A DNA stretch of 64,000 nt, taken from Ascoidea asiatica JCM 7603. Taxonomy: Eukaryota; Fungi; Ascomycota. The stretch spans positions 1,052,632 to 1,116,631 of the forward strand of contig BCKQ01000001.1 of assembly GCA_001600695.1 (NCBI GenBank), read 5' to 3'. The translations under genes and the position numbers were made by a program. Every line of letters starts with the position of its first letter. The stretch's first letter is position 1. This document shows, one piece after another, positions 22,804-33,514 of this stretch. Under the pieces are notes generated by a model, which was not told the origin of the DNA, did not search any database, and saw nothing but the letters and a program-made list of their open reading frames with translations.

Positions 22804-25803
22804 TTATTCCAAGTCGTTCGTAGGTATTTTTTGACTGGAAAGTAATAAAATACTATTTTCAATTCTCAAATTGTCTAATTCCTTTTTATGATCATTGTTT
22901 CTTTTAATTAATCTTTCTATTCTCTTTCTTTGTTTTTGAATCAATAATTCACCTCTGGAAGTAGTTTGAATTTCACTTTGAATTTGGGGTTCATTTCGTA
23001 TTTGAGATTGTATTTGACTTTGGCTTTGAGTTTGATTATTATTGAAGTTATAAAGTTTCGGCTGATTTGTTAAACTATTAGAATTTTGATCTTTATTAGA
23101 ACTAAATTCAGCATTGTTATTTCCATTATTATTAATATTTGCATTACTATTGGTAGTAATGTTTGTTTTTGGGTTTGAATTATTGGTATTATTAATACTA
23201 TTAGTGTTATTATTGATATTATTGATATTATTAGAGCCGTTGTTTATACTGGGATATGATAAATTTGAGCTAAAATTAGACTCAGTAACTGGATTAATCA
23301 TTGAGTTTATACTCATACCATTATTATTGGAATAATTATCATTGGAATTTCGATAATAATCATTTTCAAAACCAGCATTATCCAATGTTCTTTTCCTGCT
23401 CAAATTCATATTATTTGAGCTATTGATATTATTCATATTATTTATGCTATTCAAATTATTCAAATTATTCATATTCAGATTATTCATATTATTCATATTA
23501 TTCATATTACCTATATTGCTCAAGTTATTTATATTACTTATGTTACTTATATTATTCATATTACTCAAGTTGTTTAGATTAGTTACATTGTTATTATTAC
23601 TTATAGTATTCATATTATTGATGGTATTTAAATTATTCATATTATTCATATTATTAATGTTGTTAAGATTACTCATATTACTCATATCATTCATATTGAT
23701 ATTATTGATTGAATTTATAGAGTTCACCGAGTTTATATCGTTAATTCCAGTTACATTATTCATTCCATTTAACGAGTCTAATTGGTTTATGTGATTCATA
23801 TTATTTATTTGGTTCATTTGATTGAGGTGAGATATTTGATTATTTTGATTAACCGGGTTTATTTGATTACCATTTATTGAATTGGATGAATTGAATGAAC
23901 CTACTGCATTTAAAATTTGAGTAGCAACTAAATTATCAGGATTTGATTCAAATGTTGTATTTCTTTCTTGATTTTGTTCTGATTCCGGGCCAAGATCATC
24001 ATCATCATCATCATCATCTTCATCAATATCTCGAGTATTTTGACTATCCTGATTCAAATCATTATCATTATCATTATCACCTTGTTGATTTGTTGGTTCT
24101 AATAAATCGGCAAAATCTTCATTCAAATTAACTTTTGAGGCAAACTTTTTAATCATCAAATTACCAAAACTTAAAACTTGATCTCGGGTTAAGTAATTTT
24201 TTTCATTATTACAAATTTGTTTGATTAAATCTGCAGCATTTTGCTTCCTTGCAATAGCCCATTCTTCTTTACCATAAATATTTGCAGTATCGAAACAGTT
24301 TTTAATATTTTGTTCTTTGAGAATTAAATTTCTACTAAATATAAAATCTTTTAAAAATTTTGTTCTTTTATTTTGCAAATTTATATCATATTCTTTCAAA
24401 TCATTAGGGTCTTCAATAGATTGATTGATAAAAGGATAATCACTATCATTAAAGCTATCATTATCTTGATTTTGGTTTTGGAGATAATCATCATCTTCAT
24501 CATTTCCATTATCATTTTCTTCTTCACTAAAAGTTTCTTCTCTCAAATTAAAAGCATTGGAAATAGGGTTCAAAGAACTATTAGATGGATGATTTGATCG
24601 ATTATTAGAATAAATACATTCATCTGATAAAGCTTGCAATATTGAGTCAATAACTTTAGAATTTGCAAGGTTATTGATACTTCTGTGAATTAATTTGAAT
24701 TTACTATATAATAATAAATCCAACGGCTGTAAATAACCAGAAAAATGAGCTGGGATCGTAGCAATTATAATTTTTTTGTCCTTACAAAACTCTTGAACAA
24801 ATTTTGAGTCATGACTGGAATGACCATCAAAAATCAATAACCTATATTCATTTTCATTTATTGGTTTTGTTAAAGAATGAAAATGCTCTAACCATTCTTT
24901 AAATAAATCTTGATTTACGAAACCAGTTAGGCTTGCTCTAAATAACCAATTTCTACAGTCTTTTGAATCAGATATACATTTATCAATAACAGGAACTTTT
25001 GAAGAAGAATTGAATATTATCATTGGAGGTAAAATTTGAGAAGTTTTACTAATACATTCTAGAACTGTAATCAATTTTTCATTTGAATCTATATTTGGAT
25101 TATTAGCTAAAAAATTTGATTGGATTAAAGGATTAAGATAAGAAGATTCTATTGGAAATAGAGTATTTTCAGTCATTGTGAATATTTGATTTGAAGTTAT
25201 GTTTTTCTCAAAAATATAATCATTAATTTGCTTTAAGTAAGTTCTAATTTCATCATTTAATTTTGATTGATATCTTTCATTATTATGATTTTTCCAAATT
25301 CTCTGTAATTTTATATTATTTGAAGATAATAAATTATAAACAAAATTTGCTCCAGTTTCAATATCATATATTGAACTCAATGCTCTTTTATAATTTTCTA
25401 CATAAACAGTAGAATTTTGAGATACAGAAGATAATTTATGAAATTGAGATCGTCTATTATATATTAATAGCTTTATAATTGAAGAAAATTGCTTTTTAGT
25501 TAATGGTACCAAATATTTTGACAATTCTTTAGCCAATTGTAAAAGTAAATCTTTATCATAATCATTAACCTTTCTTTGATTATAACCACTGCCGACAAGA
25601 GTTGTTTCTTGTTTAATTCTTCTCATTAAATTTCTCCTATCAATTTTAAAAAAATTAGAGGCTCGTCTTCCAGACATTATACCTAATTGAATACTCTGGA
25701 TTGCAAGGTTAATTCTTTTACTTTTCTTAAGTTTAAGAACTTCTTCTTCATTTGGTTGAACATTATTTGTCAACTTTGAAGAATTTGCTTCAAGAGCAGA
25801 CAT
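22804..25803 (-). CDS. Pogo/Fot1 (DDE_1, CENP-B-like) transposase-derived protein with Asn/Met-rich low-complexity region and C-terminal coiled coil; probably a domesticated host gene, 999 aa
   Basis: N-terminal psq-type HTH ('INLAIQSIQLGIMSGRRASNFFKIDRRNLMRR') and a second HTH. DDE core: 'ITVLECIS..SQILPPMIIF', 'GFVNQDLFKEWLEHF', 'RLLIFDGHSSH', 'PAHFSGYLQPLD'. The first-Asp motif reads 'FTMTENT' instead of NxDETG. No terminal inverted repeats seen. Confidence 0.85.
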   Translation of the reverse strand: MSALEANSSKLTNNVQPNEEEVLKLKKSKRINLAIQSIQLGIMSGRRASNFFKIDRRNLMRRIKQETTLVGSGYNQRKVNDYDKDLLLQLAKELSKYLVPLTKKQFSSIIKLLIYNRRSQFHKLSSVSQNSTVYVENYKRALSSIYDIETGANFVYNLLSSNNIKLQRIWKNHNNERYQSKLNDEIRTYLKQINDYIFEKNITSNQIFTMTENTLFPIESSYLNPLIQSNFLANNPNIDSNEKLITVLECISKTSQILPPMIIFNSSSKVPVIDKCISDSKDCRNWLFRASLTGFVNQDLFKEWLEHFHSLTKPINENEYRLLIFDGHSSHDSKFVQEFCKDKKIIIATIPAHFSGYLQPLDLLLYSKFKLIHRSINNLANSKVIDSILQALSDECIYSNNRSNHPSNSSLNPISNAFNLREETFSEEENDNGNDEDDDYLQNQNQDNDSFNDSDYPFINQSIEDPNDLKEYDINLQNKRTKFLKDFIFSRNLILKEQNIKNCFDTANIYGKEEWAIARKQNAADLIKQICNNEKNYLTRDQVLSFGNLMIKKFASKVNLNEDFADLLEPTNQQGDNDNDNDLNQDSQNTRDIDEDDDDDDDDLGPESEQNQERNTTFESNPDNLVATQILNAVGSFNSSNSINGNQINPVNQNNQISHLNQMNQINNMNHINQLDSLNGMNNVTGINDINSVNSINSINNINMNDMSNMSNLNNINNMNNMNNLNTINNMNTISNNNNVTNLNNLSNMNNISNISNINNLSNIGNMNNMNNMNNLNMNNLNNLNSINNMNNINSSNNMNLSRKRTLDNAGFENDYYRNSNDNYSNNNGMSINSMINPVTESNFSSNLSYPSINNGSNNINNINNNTNSINNTNNSNPKTNITTNSNANINNNGNNNAEFSSNKDQNSNSLTNQPKLYNFNNNQTQSQSQIQSQIRNEPQIQSEIQTTSRGELLIQKQRKRIERLIKRNNDHKKELDNLRIENSILLLSSQKIPTNDLE

Positions 25804-26245
25804 CTTGAATATTATTGATTTCCTTTGATGGACCTAATGAATCTTTTCTAATCTAAGGAATAGCAGTTTTTATGATTTTATATATCTATTTTTTTGTTTC
25901 AAAACCAAGTGTATTAATAAAAAGTAATATAATCAACCTAAATTTGAATTGAATGAACAATAGCCAGCGGATACCAGAAAATGAAGGTAAACCTTACCAT
26001 GGATATTGCATTCCGTATTTTTCCTTAAAAATAAAACGTGACCATTTAAAAAACCACAAAACTGGTTTCCAAAACAGAATTCAGATAACGGAACAAAACG
26101 GAACAATCTGCAGAGATAAGTAAAATAAATAAAAAAAAAGGATACAGAATTCTGGAGGGATTAGAGAAAAGTCCCTTTCATTTAATGCGCCACCCACAAA
26201 CAGAAAAAGCAGTTTAAAAAAAAAATAATTAGTTCACTCAAAACT

Positions 26246-26256
26246 TGACTCACGTG
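26246..26256. promoter_or_regulatory. Overlapping Gcn4/AP-1 site and E-box (TGACTCACGTG) in the divergent promoter shared by the two regulator genes
   Basis: TGACTCA overlaps CACGTG at 26246-26256. Confidence 0.4.
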
Positions 26257-26791
26257 GACTCAATGTGGAGTAGTCAAAGTTCATGGTGTTATCCGAGGTA
26301 ACTTCTTTCTTTTTATGGTTGAATATTTAAGAACATGTGACACTGTAAAAGTTGAGGGTGGCGGTATCTGTGCTGGCCTAGCCACTGTATATTCTCTTGT
26401 TTTTTTGAGAAAACAGATTGTTTCTGCCGAAACTATTTTCTGTAAAACCACGCCAGTCCCGATAAAAATACTTCAAATCTTAACACAAATTTCAATATCA
26501 CTCTGAATTTAAAAATAAAGATGTAGTTAAATTCAAAAACATACTTGATCTATATTTCTTACTCATATTTTTTTTCATATTCTTTATGATGAAATTCTTA
26601 TAGACTTTATTCTCAGATCTGCTTCTAGATATTGTAAGATCTTTTATTCAAATATTCTATTTAAAATACAAAAGAATAATGCTTATAGTACCTTCAACTT
26701 TTTTCAACTTACTTTTTTAATTTATTCATCACTTTTGAAATTATCCATCTCATAGAAAATATCAAGATATTAAATAAACAAATTCTTTAGA

Positions 26792-29707
26792 ATGTCTTCG
26801 AAAATTGAGAAATTATATAGGTGTTTATATTGTACAAAAACTTATAAAAGAAAAGATTATTTAACAAGACATTGTGAAAATCATAAAAAGATTAAACCAT
26901 TTTATTGTGAAATATGTAATCTAGGTTTTGCAAGAAAAGATTTGTTAGAAAAGCATTTCAAATCAATAACTCATAAAAGGAAAAATTCTGTTGAAAAAGA
27001 TTCAATTCTGATAAGTAACAATAATCAAATTAGCAATAATAAAGTTAACAATAATCTGAATGAAAATATAAAAAATAATACAATCGATAATACTCAATTT
27101 CCTAATCAATTAAACAATTCAATAACAAATAATTCAATTACAAGTCATAATCTTGTACCAATTTCTCCAAATATTATTATTAATCATGACAAGAATGACA
27201 CCCTAAATAATAACATAAATAATAACATAAATAATAACATAAATAATAACTTAAATCCTATAAACTCCTTAAACAACTTAAATAACCTACATAATCCGAG
27301 TAACCTGAATCATTTAAATCACCTAAATCATCTAAATAATTCAAATAACTCAAATAATTCCAATAATTTGCCAAATTTATCCAATATCAATATAAACTCC
27401 CCTTCCAATATAGATATAGAATTAATGTTAAATTTGGATAAATTTTCAAATTTATCAAATGGTCTAGAAGATAATTATGGTTGGTTATTTGGTCAACAAG
27501 ATTCAAACATAAATTTAAATTCAAATACAAATTCAAATTCAAATTCAAATCTTGCCAATTGTAATATAAATAATCACAATAACAATATCAATTATACTAA
27601 TAATATAAATAATAGTAAATATATTAATGATAACTCCTTTAACTTAAACAATGCCTTTTTACCTTCAAAAAATTCTCAAACTTCTCTTAACTCAATTCCT
27701 TATTCAAATTCGAACTCAAATTCAACTCGTTCAGATTCTATTTCAAGCCAACAGTCCATGAATTCTGATTTTTATATTAATAATGAAAATTTTCTAATTA
27801 ATGATTCAACTAGACTAAATATCTTAAATATTCTACAATTAAATTTAAATTTCAATCCAAATTTTAATTCAAACTCAAATTTAAGTCAAATAGATTTAAT
27901 TAATTTTAGAAACTACTTATCTTTATCTGATTTAAATTCATTTTTACAAATTTATTGGACTAATTTTGACCCAGTTTATCCAATAATTCATAAACCAAGT
28001 TTTAATCCAAATTCTTCTGATGTTTACTTTATAATTTCAATTTTAACTATTGGAATGTCCTTCTCAAATCAAAATATTCACTACTTATTATCAATTGAAA
28101 TCCATAAATTTTTAAAATTAAATTTAATGTCTCAAATGGAAAAATTCCAATCTTTTGAAATTATACCTTTAGACTTAATCCAATCTATATTATTAACTAA
28201 TTTTTATAATTTATTTTTAGGTAATTATTATCAACAACAATCTGTGAATTTATATAATGGTGTTGCCGTTAATCTTTTAAAAAAATTAGGTTATTTTGAT
28301 AATTTAATCGAACCTCAAATTAATGAATCATTAGTTAATACTTTACCATTATATAAATGGCAAGATTGGATAAAATTTGAAACAATAAAAAGATCAACTT
28401 TTTTCTGTTATTTGGTTGATTGTCAATCTTCTTTTTTATTTTGTCATAGCTCTTCAAGTGATATATCTGTATTTGATATTCAATTGGAATTGCCTTGTAC
28501 TGATGTTGTCTGGAATGCAAAAAACCCTCAAACTTTCTTAAAAGAGTATTTGAAACAACCAAGAGAATTACGTTCAAGAAATAAATTAAGTGTAAATGGG
28601 GGTAGATTATATTCAAGTTCTTCAAATAATGATGATCTAACTTCAAATGGTATACTAATGCCAAATGTTAGAAATGAAGGTAGATGGCCTAATTTTTTAT
28701 GGAGTTTAAGAAGATTGATGCAACCGTATAAAAAAAATCAAAAAGAATATCCATTAAACTGTTTTTCTCAATTTTCAAGATTTGTCTTTTTGCATGGTTT
28801 ATTAAGTATTGTTTGTGATTTGAGAAAAAGAAATATTTTAGATTTAGGAATTGTTTCAAAAAAAAGAATGAATGAATTAGCTGCAAAAATTGAGCAATCT
28901 TTCTTGAGTTGGAGAAGTTATTTTGATACTCATATTTCTGAAACAAATGCATTTTCAGTATCTAAAAATATTCGTAAAAAAAATGATTTTAAAATTGGAA
29001 TTTTAAATGATTATGGTACATCTCCAATATTTTGGGCAAATATAACGATTTTTGAAATTGGTTTATTGGGGTTATATTGTAATATAGGGACATTGATTCA
29101 ACATACAAAAAACATTCAGTTTGCATTAAAATCATCTGCAAAAAATAGCGAAATCTCAATTGAATCACCTGGAAGATTGAGATATAATGCAGTTGAAATA
29201 AATAAAAATAAGTTAATGCTAAGTAATTGGGCAAAATCTAAAGATGGATTTTGTAGTTTAATAGAAGCATGTAAGTTTTTGAGAATGGTTTTTAATAATA
29301 AAGATATTGTTAAAACTATTGCGCATGCTCCATTTTCTGTTTATATTTCTTCAGTTATCTGCTGGCTATATGAATCTAATTTTAATTCGGAATCAATATG
29401 TAATTCAATTAAAATCAAATCCTTAGGTGAAATACAGGCGCTCTCAGGTGTTAAATCTATTGAATCTGGTGCATCAAGTTATCTAAGTCAAATTTTAGAT
29501 GATCCTATTACTACTAATGGTATAGAAGATAAAGGGTCGGCATTAAAGCAGGAAAATGAATCGATTAATTCGAAAAGAGAGTTGATAGTTGAGTTAGTGT
29601 ATTATTCTATAATTCATTTAGATCAATGCTCAAAGTGGGAAAACGTCAAAGGCTGCATTGCTGATCTTTACAATCTAATCTGTCAATCAAGAGGAGAAGT
29701 AATTTGA
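26792..29707 (+). CDS. C2H2 zinc-finger transcription factor with fungal middle-homology (Fungal_trans) domain, 971 aa
   Basis: Two N-terminal fingers (CLYC..RKDYLTRHCENH; CEIC..RKDLLEKHFKSITH), an Asn-rich linker, 'YWTNFDPVYPIIHKPSF', 'WQDWIKFETIKR..FFCYLVD' and 'LELPCTDVVWNA'. Confidence 0.9.
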   Translation: MSSKIEKLYRCLYCTKTYKRKDYLTRHCENHKKIKPFYCEICNLGFARKDLLEKHFKSITHKRKNSVEKDSILISNNNQISNNKVNNNLNENIKNNTIDNTQFPNQLNNSITNNSITSHNLVPISPNIIINHDKNDTLNNNINNNINNNINNNLNPINSLNNLNNLHNPSNLNHLNHLNHLNNSNNSNNSNNLPNLSNININSPSNIDIELMLNLDKFSNLSNGLEDNYGWLFGQQDSNINLNSNTNSNSNSNLANCNINNHNNNINYTNNINNSKYINDNSFNLNNAFLPSKNSQTSLNSIPYSNSNSNSTRSDSISSQQSMNSDFYINNENFLINDSTRLNILNILQLNLNFNPNFNSNSNLSQIDLINFRNYLSLSDLNSFLQIYWTNFDPVYPIIHKPSFNPNSSDVYFIISILTIGMSFSNQNIHYLLSIEIHKFLKLNLMSQMEKFQSFEIIPLDLIQSILLTNFYNLFLGNYYQQQSVNLYNGVAVNLLKKLGYFDNLIEPQINESLVNTLPLYKWQDWIKFETIKRSTFFCYLVDCQSSFLFCHSSSSDISVFDIQLELPCTDVVWNAKNPQTFLKEYLKQPRELRSRNKLSVNGGRLYSSSSNNDDLTSNGILMPNVRNEGRWPNFLWSLRRLMQPYKKNQKEYPLNCFSQFSRFVFLHGLLSIVCDLRKRNILDLGIVSKKRMNELAAKIEQSFLSWRSYFDTHISETNAFSVSKNIRKKNDFKIGILNDYGTSPIFWANITIFEIGLLGLYCNIGTLIQHTKNIQFALKSSAKNSEISIESPGRLRYNAVEINKNKLMLSNWAKSKDGFCSLIEACKFLRMVFNNKDIVKTIAHAPFSVYISSVICWLYESNFNSESICNSIKIKSLGEIQALSGVKSIESGASSYLSQILDDPITTNGIEDKGSALKQENESINSKRELIVELVYYSIIHLDQCSKWENVKGCIADLYNLICQSRGEVI

Positions 29708-30178
29708 GTGCCAAATGTTTAAGCAGAAAATATGAAATATATTAAACAGGATATTTAGACTTCATCAAGTCAAATAATTGAATCTTGCCAATTAGATTTT
29801 GGCCTAAGATATTTCTTCAAGGAAAAATAATATTAAATTATATCGACCAAGTTTTTTAATGTAAAGAAAAATTTGCAAGCAAATGGTTTTCAGTTGAATT
29901 TTCTATAAACTCATTCTTGTATAGTTTTTTTAAATGGCTTTTTTTTTCTATAAGTAAAATAATGAATGGTTGAATTTTTGATAAGAGAGTTAATCAATTT
30001 TCGATAATAAAAGATTTATTTCTGTTAATTAACGTTAAATTATTTAAATAGAAGAAGGAATAGTAATTAAAGCCACTTAAAAAAAATTAAAATAAAAAAG
30101 ATACATAAAGTATTAAAGAAAGTAGAAAAAAGATTAAAAAAGATTAAAAAAGACAAATAAAAAGAAATATAAGCAGGT

Positions 30179-31840
30179 TTATGCTGAAACCTTTTCATCT
30201 TTACCATCGTAAGAAACCGCTACAGCTTCTAAAGATTCAAGAGATGGATCAGGATGATCAGATGCTTCTAATGGAGTTCCATCATCTGCATAAACTTCAT
30301 CGACTTTAGTGTTTGGTTGGATGGTTTTTGAAGGGAAAACATAATTTAGAATTAAAACCAACGAACCAGTTAGTAAAACACCCCAAATATAAGATATTTT
30401 ATAAATCCAAGTCCAGAAACCTAAAGTTTTACTATTAACATCAGCACCCAACCCAGGCAAAAGAAATACGGTACCAAGAAACCAAGCAACAACACTTCTC
30501 CAATCAACACCATTCCAAAACCAGTAAATTGATTCAGGAGAATCAATATAAAGATCTTGAAGTAAAACTTTTCTTTTATAAATAATATAGTATTTTGCAA
30601 TAACAATTCCTGTTAAAGCAGAACAAAAACAACCCCAACCACTACCAAAAATAACAACAGCTTTTGCTGAAGATAAAATTTTCCATGGCCAAATAAGTAA
30701 ACCAACAGTCATTACAATCCAAGAGCCTCTTCTAATATTAATATATTTTGGCCATAAACCAGTCATATCCATTGAACTTGAAAGAGTATTCAACATTAAA
30801 TTAATTGCCAATTGTTGTAAGAAAAAAGCTAAACCTCCAAAAAAACAACCAGCTCTTGCAGCAGAAGAATTGTTTTCATGATCTTGAATTCTTCCAATTA
30901 ATACAACTGGATTCCAAATAATTTCACCAAAAATATCATAAGCAGCAGAAGTTGTTACAACACCAATAACAGTTGAAAATGTTAAAGCACATGGAGCACC
31001 AAAAAATTGAGGAAATTTTGGAGAATTTTTATTTTTTGCATAACGAGTAAAATCAGATTGTCCAAGAATACCAGTACCAGTTGTTCCAACAACAGACATA
31101 ATACCTTGAACACAAGCCCAACCTAAATCACCAGAACTTGAAAAACTTTCAGAACCTTCATTAAACATTGAACCAGCACCACCAGCAGTTTTAACACAAT
31201 AACCAATTAAACCAAAAAAAGCACCAAGAGTAATAAAAAAAGTAATTCTAAAAAAATATTGTAAATTTTCTGGAGCTAAGAAAGTACATGGAAACATGAA
31301 TACAAAATATAATATTAAACCAACCAAATCTCTTGAGGTTATACCATTTTTGTTATTAAGAGAATCCCAAGTTGCAAAAGAAGGAGATAAAGCTGATAAA
31401 CAAGTTCTCATTGCTTGACCACCATAGTATGCTTGAACCCCAAACCATATAGTACCAGTAATAATTCTAATAATAATTGGAAAATAAGCACCTTTTATAC
31501 CAAAAGTTGCTCTTGAAAAAACTGGAAAACCAATATGATGATGAGAACCAATCCAACCCATTACAACAGCCATTATACCATATATAATACCAGCGGCAAC
31601 ACTACAGCAGATACTTTGTTTAGCAGAAAGACCAAAGCCCATTAAACTTGAAGCAGTTGTCCAACCTGAAATACTTACACCTTCAATAATCCAATAATTT
31701 ACATAAGCAAATAAACTCCAGGTTCTTCTTTTAGGTGGAATTGGAATAATATCTCTATTAGTTAAAGAATCATTTTCATAATAAGAATTTTTATCTTTTG
31801 GAACTTGAAGTTTTTCTTTCCAAACTTCCCAATCAACCAT
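30179..31840 (-). CDS. NCS1 nucleobase/hydantoin-type permease (Fur4/Dal4/Thi7 superfamily), 553 aa
   Basis: 'NRDIIPIPPKRRTWS', 'HIGFPVFSRATFGIKG', 'WFGVQAYYGG', 'SDFTRYAK', 'PKYINIRRG', 'PWKIL'; about 12 TM segments. Confidence 0.9.
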   Translation of the reverse strand: MVDWEVWKEKLQVPKDKNSYYENDSLTNRDIIPIPPKRRTWSLFAYVNYWIIEGVSISGWTTASSLMGFGLSAKQSICCSVAAGIIYGIMAVVMGWIGSHHHIGFPVFSRATFGIKGAYFPIIIRIITGTIWFGVQAYYGGQAMRTCLSALSPSFATWDSLNNKNGITSRDLVGLILYFVFMFPCTFLAPENLQYFFRITFFITLGAFFGLIGYCVKTAGGAGSMFNEGSESFSSSGDLGWACVQGIMSVVGTTGTGILGQSDFTRYAKNKNSPKFPQFFGAPCALTFSTVIGVVTTSAAYDIFGEIIWNPVVLIGRIQDHENNSSAARAGCFFGGLAFFLQQLAINLMLNTLSSSMDMTGLWPKYINIRRGSWIVMTVGLLIWPWKILSSAKAVVIFGSGWGCFCSALTGIVIAKYYIIYKRKVLLQDLYIDSPESIYWFWNGVDWRSVVAWFLGTVFLLPGLGADVNSKTLGFWTWIYKISYIWGVLLTGSLVLILNYVFPSKTIQPNTKVDEVYADDGTPLEASDHPDPSLESLEAVAVSYDGKDEKVSA

Positions 31841-31976
31841 TTTTAATAATTCGTGTTATATGAATTAGATTTATATTTTATCTTGTGATCCCTTTCAAGA
31901 AAAGGAAAACGATGAAATAAAAAGAGGATCTCTTTTTTTTGCTAAAATAATGAAAAATTTAGCACCGAAGAATGCA

Positions 31977-33125
31977 GTGGGCAAAGACAATTCTAGAGAA
32001 TGAAATAAGAATAAGAATGAAACAATGGTTGAATATAAAAGAAGGAATACTAATAAGATTAAGAAAGCTGGACAAATTAAGCATTATTTATATATTTTTT
32101 TTCCTTAAAGTGAAGGATAAGCTTGATAAATTATAACCAACGTTACTATTATTAATGTTAATTAACAGCAGTACTATTAAAGTACATACAGTAAATAGTT
32201 ACTTCAGTAATGTGAAGGTGATTAGGTTTTTGACTAAATTCTAAAATGTACTATGAAAGTTGTACCAAGTATACTGTACCCAAACAATATCAACAAGGTT
32301 CTTAACTACTCGAGTTTACCAAGCTCTATTTAGCTCTAATCAAGTCAGATAAATCACAGTACTTCACTACCACGCCTTTCGATAAGAATTTGAGTTGAAG
32401 AGCAGAATAAAAAATAAAATAAGAACAACTGAAGAGCTTTCAAGTGAAGATCTGAAAACGAGAAATGAAATAAATAACGTTGAATAGCATAAATAACTCG
32501 AATAAGATACTGAATAACACGAATAACGTTAACAACTTCAATAGCCTGGACAACAACTGCAGCCAGCCGATTTTGAGCTTTTGAAGCTCGGTGGGCACTA
32601 CAACAAGAGTGCCCACCCAAACACAAACTCAGCAAAGAACCAACATAGCTTGAGGAAGAAGAATAGGAAAAAGCACAAGAAAAACAAAAAGCTTTAGCTG
32701 CTTCTGAAGCGCGAAAATACTTAAGAAGTGACAATAGATTACTCAATTGTTTTTCCAGTTATTTTTTCTGTTTCTGAGCTTCAATTTTGGCTGCGCCCAC
32801 CAGAATTTGCTCGCTGGGTGGGCACATCTTTATTTAGTCTGTTTTCCACCAAAATCTCAGAATCCAAATATTTTACTTTATTTATTTCAGTTTAGTTTTG
32901 TTTATTCTAATTTTGCTTTACCCTTTAACTTTTCTCTGATTATTCTCTTTATCTAAATCCTCAATTGGATATTCAAAGATCAAGATTTGTTTATTTTTCC
33001 TAAGTTTTTTGGAGTTTCTGCTTATCTTTACTTCCTCAGAACCTCAAAACATAATCAAAGCGAAAAAAAAACAGACGACTATTGAATTTAACTGCTCTGT
33101 ACTAAAATAAACTATTCTGCCCACC
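31977..33125. promoter_or_regulatory. Cluster of six GTGGGC/GCCCAC motifs (including a perfect 10-bp inverted repeat) plus GATAAG sites in the NCS1-AKR divergent promoter
   Basis: GTGGGCA 31977; GGTGGGCACT-N8-AGTGCCCACC 32590-32617; GCCCACC 32795; GGTGGGCAC 32817; TGCCCACC 33118. GATAAG/CTTATC at 32116, 32381 and 33021. Confidence 0.65.
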
Positions 33126-33514
33126 ATGGTTTATTATAACTTATCACGATAACGTTAACATAATTTCTGCTTGGTTTTGTTTCAAATTTATTTAATAACT
33201 TCTTTACCCTTTTACAATTGGTTAACTTTAGTCTCATATCAACGGATTTTAAAATCCTCTTTAATATTAACATTAAAAAAAAATTTGTTAGGCTACTAAA
33301 ATACATAATCCAAAAAAATATAAAACTATAAGAATATATACATTTTCACCCTATTTAAATTATTTAGTACTTCCTCATATATATTCATTCTTTTGACTTT
33401 ATAAAAAGAAGTAATTGTTATAACTTCTTCCCATTTTTTTGCTATTCCTTTTGCTTTTAAACTACTTTTCTTAATTTTCTTTTTGAAGTATCTAAATTTT
33501 TTCAAATTATAATA

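Noticed and set aside
23114-24597. Hydrophobic or His-rich plus-strand ORFs (23114, 23423, 23943, 24373)
   Set aside because: They are antisense shadows of the Asn/Asp repeats of the 999-aa gene and have non-ATG starts.
21876-26467. 12-bp direct repeats flanking the transposase-derived gene, considered as element ends or a target-site duplication
   Set aside because: Pogo/Fot1 elements have inverted termini and TA duplications. A third near-copy lies at 17259, so a regulatory motif is more likely. Not called an active mobile element.
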